A stretch of 60,251 nt of DNA from Candidatus Woesearchaeota archaeon. Its GTDB lineage: Archaea > Nanobdellota > Nanobdellia > Woesearchaeales > JAGLGH01. Numbering within the stretch: position 1 is the first letter of the stretch; every line of letters starts with the position of its first letter. Below the pieces are notes generated by a model. It was not told where the DNA came from. It did no database searches and was given only the letters and a program-made list of their open reading frames with translations. A program made the position numbers and the translations under genes. The DNA is taken from the NCBI GenBank assembly GCA_030670545.1, contig DAOVBM010000004.1, positions 1-60,251 of the forward strand, written 5' to 3'. This document shows, in pieces, positions 9,144-18,600 of the stretch.

Positions 9144-9449
9144 ATGTGTGTATTGTGCGACGAGGCTATAACAAACCCTATATGCCTTGACTGCCTGGGA
9201 AAGAGTATGGAACAATGGGCTGAAGCAATAAAGCCAACAATAGTAAAGGGACTTGCTGAGAAAGCATGGCTATTCAAATCTTATACTCATGAAGGGACCA
9301 AATGCGTGGTTTGCGGAAACAATATCAACATATGCGCTCATTGCTTCTGCAAGGAGGTATACGAATGGCTTCAGGAAGAACACTCTGAAACAACTGAAAG
9401 CTTTTTAGTGTGCTTCAACTATGAGATAAGAAGTCCCTGCAAATTTTAG
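9144..9449 (+). CDS. Cys-rich zinc-binding protein, unknown function
   Basis: CxxC..CxxC (CVLCDEAITNPICLDC) and CxxC...CxxCxC (CVVCGNNINICAHCFC). The track start at 9117 is a GTG, so the ATG at 9144 is preferred. Confidence 0.45.
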   Translation: MCVLCDEAITNPICLDCLGKSMEQWAEAIKPTIVKGLAEKAWLFKSYTHEGTKCVVCGNNINICAHCFCKEVYEWLQEEHSETTESFLVCFNYEIRSPCKF

Positions 9450-9455
9450 CGATTA

Positions 9456-9899
9456 TTATAGGCTCTTTATCTCAGCAAACGCTGTTTTAAAGACCTCTTT
9501 TTGATCGTCCCAGGTTAATTTATCCAGCGCGCTGCAGTATGTAGTCCATACGTAAGTATCATGTTCCTGGGATCTGTTGTACTTTGTACTAACAGGAATA
9601 TTCATACTAGTCTCAATAAGAAATACATCATATGAACCAATTGTTCCATCTTCTGACCTGAATTCATATTTCCTATCCAGTTTCTTATGGACCTTGAATT
9701 TTGACAATCCTGTTTCCTGCGCAATCTGTCTGACAATAGCTTCCTTTTCTGTCTCTCCTTCCTTAAAACTACCTTTAGGAAATTCCCAACCATTCCAGCC
9801 AACACTCCTATGCAGAATAAGAAAATAATAATCACCATTATTATCAAATATCACTGCTGATACTCCTCTCTTTATGTTGTTTTCTTCCATTTTTATCAT
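9456..9899 (-). CDS. NUDIX hydrolase
   Basis: Nudix box GWEFPKGSFKEGETEKEAIVRQIAQETGL (Gx5Ex7REUxEExGU). Confidence 0.85.
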   Translation of the reverse strand: MIKMEENNIKRGVSAVIFDNNGDYYFLILHRSVGWNGWEFPKGSFKEGETEKEAIVRQIAQETGLSKFKVHKKLDRKYEFRSEDGTIGSYDVFLIETSMNIPVSTKYNRSQEHDTYVWTTYCSALDKLTWDDQKEVFKTAFAEIKSL

Positions 9900-10263
9900 A
9901 ATCCTTTCATCAAAAACTAAAAGAATTAAACCGCATACGTTATTTAAAGGTTTTGATTCTGATCCAATAAAGAGTGACCAGGAGCTTATATTGGTTTATA
10001 TTTTGCTAAAAATAATCTAAATGCCCTGAAATGCAATAAAACAGAGATATTAACCCCATTTCCATAGGAAAAGAAGGGGGCATAATACATAGAAACTATA
10101 TTTTGAAAAGATTCTATTTATAAATAAAAGTATTTATAAAGGAAGGGGATTATTAGATTATTTAAGAACCATTTTTAAAATATAATTTGTCAAAAGTGGT
10201 TATTATTTTAAAGGGGTTTTCCCTTAAAAATATAAAACAAGAACATAGGGGTGTTTTATAAAA

Positions 10264-10869
10264 ATGGCTAAGAAAATACAAAGTAAAGGAAAAGTTGCTA
10301 AGAAAATAGAAGGAAAAGCGGCTAAGAAAAAACAAAATAAAGAAATAACTGTTGTAAATATAGTTGTTTCTACATCATTAGAGCACGATATACCTTTAGA
10401 AAAGATGGCTGCAACATTAAGCAACACAGAATATAACCCTGAGCAGTTTCCAGGGCTGGTTATAAGAATTAAAGACCCAAAAACATCTGCTTTGATATTC
10501 AGCAGTGGAAAAGTAGTATGTACTGGAGCAAGAAACATTGAAGATGTCAGACTGTCTCTTAAAAAGATAATTGAAAGCCTGAAGAAGATAAATATAAAGA
10601 TAACTGTAGAGCCTGAGATCAAGATACAGAATATTGTAGCAAGTGGAACAGTGGGTATGGATCTAAACCTCAATGTTCTTGCAATGAAGCTTAAGAATAC
10701 AGAATATGAACCTGAACAATTCCCTGGGCTTGTATACAAGCTTGCTGAAGCAAAAGCCACATTCCTCTTATTTAGTAATGGGAAAATTGTATGCACAGGA
10801 ACAAAGAGTGAAGAATCAGTTCATAAGGCTCTTGATATGCTGATAGTCAACCTTAAAAAAGTGTTATAA
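10264..10869 (+). CDS. tbp: TATA-box binding protein with Lys-rich N-terminal extension
   Basis: Two TBP repeats (EQFPGLVIRIKDPKTSALIFSSGKVVCTGA and EQFPGLVYKLAEAKATFLLFSNGKIVCTGT). The first ~27 aa are MAKKIQSKGKVAKKIEGKAAKKKQNKE. Confidence 0.93.
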   Translation: MAKKIQSKGKVAKKIEGKAAKKKQNKEITVVNIVVSTSLEHDIPLEKMAATLSNTEYNPEQFPGLVIRIKDPKTSALIFSSGKVVCTGARNIEDVRLSLKKIIESLKKINIKITVEPEIKIQNIVASGTVGMDLNLNVLAMKLKNTEYEPEQFPGLVYKLAEAKATFLLFSNGKIVCTGTKSEESVHKALDMLIVNLKKVL

Positions 10870-11022
10870 TTGGGCAGGTAGGCAGGAAAATATCAATAAA
10901 AATATTTCGTTTTTTAATTTTTTACATAAGAAAGGGGTGAATAATATAGACGTTGCAGATTAAATGCTATTTATAGTATTATATTTAATTTGCAAGACAG
11001 AGAAGATAGGATATGGCAAAAG

Positions 11023-13041
11023 ATGGACGCAACACAACAGATATCAAAATTTCAGGAATTTTTTGAAGATAATTATCATGCTGAGATACTTGAGCTTATA
11101 AGAAAAGGCAATAGTTTTATTATTGTTGATTTTGTAAAATTTCTGAAATATGACCCAGGTCTATCATCACTTCTTCTTGATTACCCTGAAGAGATTATCA
11201 AAGCTGCAGAAATAGCAATCGAAAAATTTGACCTGCCAAGCAATATGAAAAACTTCAAGGTGCGTTTCATAAACCTGCCCAAAAACCAGAAAATAATGAT
11301 AAAAAACATAAGGAGTGAACATATAGAAAAATTCCTTGTTGTGGAGGGTGTTGTGCGCCAGAAATCTGATGTAAGGCCTCAGGTGACAACAGCAAGATTT
11401 GAATGCCCAAGCTGTGGAAATGTCCTGTCTGTGATCCAGCTTGAAAAATCATTTAAAGAGCCTTCAAGATGTGGCTGTGGCAGGAAAGGTAAATTTAGGC
11501 TGCTTTCAAAAGAATTTGTTGATGCACAGGGGATTGTGCTTGAAGAAGCATCAGAAGACCTTGAAGGTGGAGAACAGCCAAAAAGAATGAATATATTCCT
11601 GTCCCAGGACCTTGTAAGCCCATTGAGTGAAAAAAAAACAAACCCTGGAAGCAAGATAATAATTACAGGCATATTAAAAGAGGTTCCTGTGGAATTAAGA
11701 AACGGAGCAAAATCAACGCGTTTCGAGCTGCTCATTGAAGCAAACTCAGTAGAATCAATACAGGAAGATTTCTATGAGGTAGATATATCAAAAGAAGAAG
11801 AAGAGAAAATATTGGAGCTTGCAAAAGACCCAAAATACCTCACAAAAATTATCAGTTCTATCGCGCCTTCAATATATGGCTATGATGAGATCAAAAAGGC
11901 AATCCTATTCCAGCTTGTCGGCGGCAACAGGAAGAAACGGGCAGATGGTATGATAACAAGGGGAGATATGCATGTGCTGCTCATAGGAGATCCTGGCGCA
12001 GCAAAATCCCAGATGCTAAAAAGAATGGCGATTATTGCGCCAAAAGCAAGATATGTAAGCGGCAAAGGTGTTACTGGTGCAGGACTTACTGCCTCTGTTG
12101 TAAAGGACGAGTTCATGGGTGGCTGGGCACTGGAAGCAGGAGCCCTAGTGCTCGCAAATAAGGGTTTTTGTATGATAGACGAGATGGACAAGATGAGTCC
12201 TGATGATAGGAGTGCCATGCATGAAGCGCTTGAACAGCAAACAGTATCCATATCAAAAGCAAATATACAAGCCACATTAAGGTGTGAGACTGCGGTTCTT
12301 GCTGCTGCAAACCCAAAATTTGGAAGGTTTGATCCATACGGCATCATTGCAGAACAGATAAACCTCCCCCCAGCGCTGATAAACCGATTTGATCTTATAT
12401 TTGCAATCAAAGATCTTCCTGAAGAAGAAAAGGACAACAAGATTGCAAAGCACATTCTTGAACTGCATCAGGATCCTAACATAATTCATCCTGATCTTAG
12501 CACAGAATTTCTCAGAAAATACATAGCTTATGTAAGACAGAAAATAAAGCCGCAGCTCACAAGCAGCGCAATTGAAGAACTCAAGAAGTTTTATGTTGAG
12601 ATGCGAAATTCAGGCAACGAAGAAGGTGGAATAAAAGCAGTCCCAATATCTCCCAGGCAGCTTGAAGCCCTTGTAAGACTTGCAGAAGCATCAGCAAAAA
12701 TAAGATTATCAGACAAGGTCTCAAGAAAAGACGCAAAAAGAGCGATTAAAATTCTGCATTTCTCACTCTCACAGATAGGGATTGACCCTGAAACTGGGAA
12801 GATTGACATAGACAGAATAACAACAGGGATATCATCCTCACAAAGAAGCAACATAATTAGGATTAGGGAAATGATAAATTCTCTTGAGAACAAAATAGGC
12901 AAGACAATACCTATAGATGATATAGTAAATGAAGCTGAAATAAAAGGCATATCAGAAGATGTTGTGGAAGAGGTCATAGAGAAACTGAAGAGGAGTGGAG
13001 ACATATTCGAACCAAAACGAGGGTTTGTGCAGAAGATATGA
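11023..13041 (+). CDS. mcm: MCM replicative helicase
   Basis: Zinc motif CPSCG...CGCG, Walker A GDPGAAKS, Walker B MIDEMDKM and the NRFDLIF arginine-finger region, with a C-terminal wH. No intein. The track start at 10990 is a TTG, so the ATG at 11023 is preferred. Confidence 0.93.
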   Translation: MDATQQISKFQEFFEDNYHAEILELIRKGNSFIIVDFVKFLKYDPGLSSLLLDYPEEIIKAAEIAIEKFDLPSNMKNFKVRFINLPKNQKIMIKNIRSEHIEKFLVVEGVVRQKSDVRPQVTTARFECPSCGNVLSVIQLEKSFKEPSRCGCGRKGKFRLLSKEFVDAQGIVLEEASEDLEGGEQPKRMNIFLSQDLVSPLSEKKTNPGSKIIITGILKEVPVELRNGAKSTRFELLIEANSVESIQEDFYEVDISKEEEEKILELAKDPKYLTKIISSIAPSIYGYDEIKKAILFQLVGGNRKKRADGMITRGDMHVLLIGDPGAAKSQMLKRMAIIAPKARYVSGKGVTGAGLTASVVKDEFMGGWALEAGALVLANKGFCMIDEMDKMSPDDRSAMHEALEQQTVSISKANIQATLRCETAVLAAANPKFGRFDPYGIIAEQINLPPALINRFDLIFAIKDLPEEEKDNKIAKHILELHQDPNIIHPDLSTEFLRKYIAYVRQKIKPQLTSSAIEELKKFYVEMRNSGNEEGGIKAVPISPRQLEALVRLAEASAKIRLSDKVSRKDAKRAIKILHFSLSQIGIDPETGKIDIDRITTGISSSQRSNIIRIREMINSLENKIGKTIPIDDIVNEAEIKGISEDVVEEVIEKLKRSGDIFEPKRGFVQKI

Positions 13042-13047
13042 TAAATC

Positions 13048-13170
13048 AAAAACCCAATCGCCGCAAGCGGCGAGGTATAATCTTACATTGGGTTTTGGGT
13101 CATAAAAATATACCATGCATATCATCATTGGCCACACCCAACCACTGCAAGTAGTGGGGTATATTTTTAT
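13048..13170 (+). terminator. two tandem hairpins with 3' T-runs just downstream of mcm (possible terminator or structured RNA)
   Basis: AAAAACCCAAT/ATTGGGTTTT encloses CGCCG-CAAG-CGGCG. ATAAAAATATACC/GGTATATTTTTAT encloses CCACTG-CAAG-TAGTGG. Both end in T-runs. Confidence 0.3.
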
Positions 13171-13211
13171 AAATTAAATTATGATTGGATTAAACTATAT
13201 ACATTAAAAAA

Positions 13212-13922
13212 ATGGCAAATCCACAGAAAAGGCAGACTGCATACAAAGCACAGATAAAAGATATTGTTTGTGGTGATTTTATAAGGGCAGAGGGATGGAA
13301 CCCTAATTATATAATTGACAAATATAATAGAAAAATATCCAGAATCAACCTAATAAGCGCAGTTGTTGATATTTCAGGAACAGAAAATACATTTAATTAC
13401 TGCAGCTTGGCGCTTGATGATGGCACAGGAAGAATTACTGCAAGGATTTTTGAGGAACATGAACGCCTAAAAGAGTTTAGTGTTGGAGACATTATACTTA
13501 TTATAGGCAGGATAAGGGAATATGGCAAAGAACGGTACATACTTCCAGAGATAATAAAAAAGATTCATAACCCTATATGGATTGATTTGAGAAAAAAAGA
13601 AATAGAAATACTGCAGAAGTCATTGAATAAAAAATTACCAGAATCTGAAAAAGTTAAAGAAAAGAAGAAACCAGAGAATAATAATGAAAATCATAAAGAT
13701 AAAAATGTTGAAGAAGAAGAGATTGTTGACAAGAAAGGAGTTTCAGGTTTATCTGAAAAGATAAATTCAATAATAAGAGAACTGGATTGTGGAGAAGGCG
13801 CAGATATTGATGAAGTTATAAATAAAAGCGGAGTTGAATCTTGTGAGGATATGATAAACTCGCTTCTTCTTGAGGGAGATATATTTGAGATAAAACCAGG
13901 GAGATTAAAGGTTCTTGACTAA
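13212..13922 (+). CDS. OB-fold + C-terminal winged-helix protein (RPA32/Stn1-like single-stranded DNA-binding candidate)
   Basis: OB-like core LALDDGTGRITARIF...VGDIILIIGRIREYGKERYI, an acidic/Lys-rich linker and a C-terminal wH-like INSIIREL..GADIDEVI...LLLEGDIFEIKPGRLKV. It sits directly after mcm. Confidence 0.5.
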   Translation: MANPQKRQTAYKAQIKDIVCGDFIRAEGWNPNYIIDKYNRKISRINLISAVVDISGTENTFNYCSLALDDGTGRITARIFEEHERLKEFSVGDIILIIGRIREYGKERYILPEIIKKIHNPIWIDLRKKEIEILQKSLNKKLPESEKVKEKKKPENNNENHKDKNVEEEEIVDKKGVSGLSEKINSIIRELDCGEGADIDEVINKSGVESCEDMINSLLLEGDIFEIKPGRLKVLD

Positions 13923-13924
13923 AA

Positions 13925-14093
13925 ATAGATAACAAAAATTTGACAATTTATTGATAGTAAATCCTATCCCCACCATAAATGAGGGGTATTATGGATTTGC
14001 ATTATAGATTATCAAATTTTTGGAATCCAAAATTTCGCACTGAAGTGAGGGGTATTAAACCCCAATAAAATTTCTTGCGAAATTTTCGATAAA
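13925..14093 (+). repeat. repeat family B, copy B1 (~170 bp, internally palindromic)
   Basis: Near-identical to 22290-22459, differing at roughly ten positions by eye. Contains the AAAATTTCGC/GCGAAATTTT stem around GGGGT-ATTAA-ACCCC. Confidence 0.75.
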
Positions 14094-14124
14094 TTAGATA
14101 AAAATAAAGGGGATTTCTATATAT

Positions 14125-14970
14125 TCACTTGAATATAATGGGAGTTATATATACCTCAAGTATTGCTGCAACAAATGTTATAAAAATGGCTATAAGTATC
14201 AGGTTTGACGCGTCCCATAGGGTTCTTGAAAACCCATCTGAAGAGTATCTCTTTTTTATAACTCCTACTGATATTATACTGCCGGCAAGGCCTGCTATGA
14301 AATAAGCCAGGATTTCAGGTATCCCATGAATTGTGTATTTCAAAAGGCCTATTGAAAATATTCCAAAATAATGGGCCATATACTGGAACCCAGTATATGC
14401 TGAGATGGCTGCAAGCTTTGTCCTAATATAATATCCTATTGCTACTCCTATCACAGAGGCGTTCCAGGTCAATATGAATACAGCGCCAGAACCATATATA
14501 AAAGAGAATATTATACAGAAGATGAGGACTTTTATATTATTAAAGAATATTGTTGCAAAAAGCCCGAATGACTGGGACACATGGCCAGTTATATTGATTC
14601 CCATTATTGTCTTTATCTGGGCGTTGAACAGGCTCTGGACAATATGTGTGGGAGCAAATACATACCATAAGGCAGAAGCCACAACCAAGCCTCCAAAAAA
14701 ATACATGGTGAACGAAAAATATTTGAAATGCCCGAATAATATTCTTGAGTATACCTCTGGTCTTGCGCTTTCCTCTTCTTCAAGCTGGATTGCATTATAT
14801 ATGATGGGGATGACTGCAACTATTGTTAAAAGAAGTGTGACTATGGTTGCATAATCTTTGAATACCCAAAGGCTCAAAATGCACGCTACAGAGTAGTACA
14901 ATATAGCTATAAAAAACATCTCCCATGGCTTTCTTTTTGCCTTGAATGGATTCATCAATGATTCAAGCAT
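14125..14970 (-). CDS. polytopic membrane protein (SpoIIM/DUF95-like, tentative)
   Basis: 281 aa with about 6-7 TM helices. The overall pattern is reminiscent of archaeal stage II sporulation protein M homologues. Weak call. Confidence 0.4.
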   Translation of the reverse strand: MLESLMNPFKAKRKPWEMFFIAILYYSVACILSLWVFKDYATIVTLLLTIVAVIPIIYNAIQLEEEESARPEVYSRILFGHFKYFSFTMYFFGGLVVASALWYVFAPTHIVQSLFNAQIKTIMGINITGHVSQSFGLFATIFFNNIKVLIFCIIFSFIYGSGAVFILTWNASVIGVAIGYYIRTKLAAISAYTGFQYMAHYFGIFSIGLLKYTIHGIPEILAYFIAGLAGSIISVGVIKKRYSSDGFSRTLWDASNLILIAIFITFVAAILEVYITPIIFK

Positions 14971-14999
14971 TTTAGTTCCCTTTTGATTTATCTTAAGGT

Positions 15000-15182
15000 T
15001 TATATCGTCCTCATTACAATTATTATTAAAACTATGACTGCTATCAGCACAAGGTGGCTTATCAGGTTTTTTCTAAACAATCCATATTCCTTTGGCAGCA
15101 CTTTATGAAAATAGTAGAAATACCGCGCAAGGAAAAAACCATATATCAAGGCTACAACTATAATTAACCAGTTTATTCTCAT
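15000..15182 (-). CDS. small membrane protein (2 TM)
   Basis: 60-aa ORF with an ATG start and two hydrophobic helices, co-directional with and close to the upstream membrane protein gene. Confidence 0.35.
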   Translation of the reverse strand: MRINWLIIVVALIYGFFLARYFYYFHKVLPKEYGLFRKNLISHLVLIAVIVLIIIVMRTI

Positions 15183-15250
15183 AACATAAAAATAAGATAT
15201 AGTGTATATAAAGCTATCGAATTTGCTTAGAAAATCAAAATATAAAAACC

Positions 15251-15258
15251 TTTATAAA
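15251..15258 (+). promoter_or_regulatory. TATA box for aIF2-beta gene
   Basis: TTTATAAA is centred ~27 nt upstream of the ATG at 15282. Confidence 0.45.
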
Positions 15259-15281
15259 CAACATCCTACTCTTCTCTCATA

Positions 15282-15689
15282 ATGAAATATGAAGATATGC
15301 TGAAAAAGGCAAGGGATGAACTTCCTGATGTTGTTTTTGAAAAGGAAAGGTTTGAGATTCCTAAAGTAATAGGGCATATACAAGGCAATAAGACAATCAT
15401 CAGCAACTTTAGTGTAATAGCAAACACCTTAAGAAGGACAATGGAACATCTCCTTAAATATGTGCTAAGGGGGCTTGCAACACCTGGTGAGAGAAGGGGT
15501 AATTCAGTCATTTTCGGCAGTAAAGTTCCTGCTTCAAGGATAAATGAAAAAATAAAGCAGTATGCGCATGAGTTTGTATTATGCAGAGAATGTGGAAAGC
15601 CAGATACAAAGATTATCAAAGATGGTGTATTCACTTACTTGAGATGTCAGGCATGCGGCGCAAAATATAATATAAAAGATATCAAGTAA
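15282..15689 (+). CDS. eif2b: translation initiation factor aIF-2 beta subunit
   Basis: 135 aa. The eIF2-beta/eIF5 core and C-terminal zinc ribbon CRECGKPDT...CQACGA. Confidence 0.9.
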   Translation: MKYEDMLKKARDELPDVVFEKERFEIPKVIGHIQGNKTIISNFSVIANTLRRTMEHLLKYVLRGLATPGERRGNSVIFGSKVPASRINEKIKQYAHEFVLCRECGKPDTKIIKDGVFTYLRCQACGAKYNIKDIK

Positions 15690-15692
15690 ATT

Positions 15693-18600
15693 TTAACCAA
15701 ACCATTTTCCTAAACCTTCTTGTCTTTCCTTATCTTTTCCAAATACACCGTCTATCCTTCTTTTGAGAAGCTCAAGCGATTGCTTGAGATAAGCAGGAAC
15801 ATTATATTTATTTGCCAGGTTCATTGACGATTCGAAATACTTTACTACCGAGCCCTCGCTTATTGTAAATATAATCCTCCCATCACACTTGGTGCATTTG
15901 CCTATCAACGGCGGCCTTCTATATATCTCATTGCACTTTACACACCTGAATTTCTGCATGGAAAATTTCCTGAGATTTCCTTTTGTATCCTTTATGAAAT
16001 GCTTTTCTATAACAAATGTTGCAACATCCCTTTCATCAACTGCCCTCAATCTCTCTGCAATTCTCATCTGACCATTGAGCTTTTCTTCCATGGACGGAAG
16101 AATCTTATAAGAAGAGCATATCACCCCACCATTTATATTCCCATTGTCATGAGTAAATCCATGACCTTCGTACTGCTTCTCTGACTTGAGAAAATCACCA
16201 AATTTCTCGACAACAGCTTCCCATGGTTTACTATATTTCTTGCATGCATTATAAAAATCAAGATCATATTTCCATGCAATGTCCATATCAAATATCATAT
16301 CATCTATCTCTGAAGGTATAACTTTTGATGTAAGGACTAAAGGGGCATCTTGTGTAGATCCCCTATGCGCAGGAAGAAATTTCCTTGAGAAATTTATCAG
16401 CACATCTAGGAGAAGGCATATGCTTGCTTCATCTCCATCACAATCACGTCTCGTCGCTGCATGTATCACTGGATGCGCTAAAAATCCTTGCGTCTTTGAA
16501 AAGCCTATGACTCGCGCTATTATTCCTGCTGACGTGTGCGGTGCCTGCGCAAGCACGAGATGACCAACTATATCCATTTCATTCTTCAGGTTATAGTATG
16601 ATTTAAGGCCATATAGATTTACAAGAAGGTCATCTATAAAATTGGCTATGTTAAGAAGTACTTTGTCAGCACCATCATTTGGAGAATCAGGACATGAAGG
16701 AAGCACAACATCTTGTGGCTTTATCTCTAGTATCTGTTCAGGGCTCTCAAGCTGTTTGCCATGTATATCATACTCATATCCCATCTCTCTAAGCTTCTCA
16801 ATAGATGTCCTAATCTCATTTGGCTTAAAATGAGTTAATGGAAGCTGAGTCATATCATATCTTGTTGTTCCGTCCTTATTTACATAAATATCATGCTTTG
16901 CCCTCAGTATGCCTTTTACAAGATTCTCTGGAGTATGGTCTTTATTGGATGTCCCCCTCACCCCCTTTATAAGATCAGGATAAAGCCTCATATTTAAGTT
17001 ATTGAGTGCTTGTGAAAAAATCTTTTTTATGTCTATCTTTTGTCTTTTATATGTCATTGATGTGTGTGTCTCTTCAGGATTGTTTTTCTTTTTAAGCTGG
17101 CATTCCTTATCACTTATCTTATTGCAATCCCTGCAATAATACATCTGCTTTGTCTGTTTTCCACAAGTATCGCATTTTCGGTATATTGTTATTGTATCGC
17201 ATTTTTTGCATTGATATATTGGAAATTCTCCAGTTACTTCACCTATTTTTAGCGCAGACTGGAAGCTTCTTAGCCTTCCGCCTTCCTCTCCAATTGGAAA
17301 CAATGTATGAGGGGATCCATTTAATTTCCTCATCTTTGCTTTCTCTGGCCTTCCCATCCTTGCGCCTATGAAGATGCCTGCTTTATCTTGTATTATAAAC
17401 TCTGAATTCTTTTTGATGACCTCAAGCACATCCTCATATTTATCCCTGTTTTTGATATCATCAGAATATTTCTGTAGATTTTCTATCTGTATATTTGATG
17501 AGAACCCTATTGCATGCTCTTTTTCAATAACAACAAACTCATCATTGATCAAAGTATGGGGAACTCCTAATACTTCCAGCGTCCTTTTGTTTTCATTGTT
17601 TGGTATAATTATCTTCTGCACAATGCCTGATTCTTTTTCAACTTTGGATTTTTTTAACCATTCTATCATTCCTGAAAACATGTTAAAGTCTATTGTTTTC
17701 CAATAATATATATACTCTGGATGAAGAGGTATATTGAGTTTTTCTGATATTATTCTTGCGCCATATGCTGATATTTTTGTATTTATTGGGTTTGATAACA
17801 GAATCTCAATCTCTTCTTCTTCAATGCCTATAAGTTCAGATAGTTTTGATATATCAAGCGACCCGAATACATCCACTGTAGCCTTCTCAAACTGCTGCAC
17901 CCACCACTCTTCACAATATCCAGGGGGTACTAGTTTATGGGCTCTGTTAAGGAAATCTCCAAAACATATCAATATATCTCCAAGAAATATTATTTCTTCT
18001 ATCTCTTTCCTGACATTTAATGCCTCTTTTTTTGAATCAAGCTTAACAATAGAGCCGTTCTTCAGTTTTACTATGGGACCGTCCATGCTGTCACAGCAAG
18101 TCATTGATGCTGCTTTCCCTGGCCTTTCCAGCTTGAGCTGCGTGCCTGTAGCAATAAAATCATCAAGAACAACCATTGTGGCTGGATGCATAGAAGCAGC
18201 AGAATAGCCTGATGTCCTGGATCTTCCATACCTTAACCTAAATCCACCCACCCTTAAGGGATGTGTAATCACTGGTCTTCCAGCTACAATATCTTTTATA
18301 AATGTGTAATCTGGTTGGATTTTATTCTTTTTGTCTTTTCCTTTTTCTTCTTTCCCTGCAGAACTTTTGGCTTTTATCTCTTTCTGGAGCTTAACAAAAT
18401 CTCCTATAAAATTCCAATGCTCAAGCCCAAAATCTTTTCCCCACTTTGAAAGCTGTTTCCATAATTTGGGGGCTTTCTGGCAAAGGCCCTCTCCTAAAAC
18501 AAGGCACACCCCATTTCTTATCCTGTTTGTCTTTATCCTATCAAGATCCTTATAATTTGAAACTTCAATCTTTTCTGAACCATCACCATTTATCTGCACA

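Noticed and set aside
10224-10796. 190-aa minus-strand ORF antisense to tbp. Similar long antisense ORFs lie at 11379-11735, 11880-12455 and 12591-13049 (mcm); 34004-34687 (pan); 36342-36941 and 36646-37107 (M29); 52502-53044 and 53051-53434 (acdA); 17734-18207 (DP2); and 28905-29477 (fen).
   Set aside because: Each lies entirely opposite a gene with unmistakable family motifs. Their translations are low-complexity Ser/Phe/Leu/Ile-rich mirror products, and they lack TATA or SD start contexts.
13920-14106. Possible 8-bp target duplication TAAAAATA flanking repeat B1.
   Set aside because: The equivalent positions around copy B2 do not show a matching duplication. The flanks are low-complexity A/T where 8-mer matches arise by chance. 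No TSD is claimed for family B.
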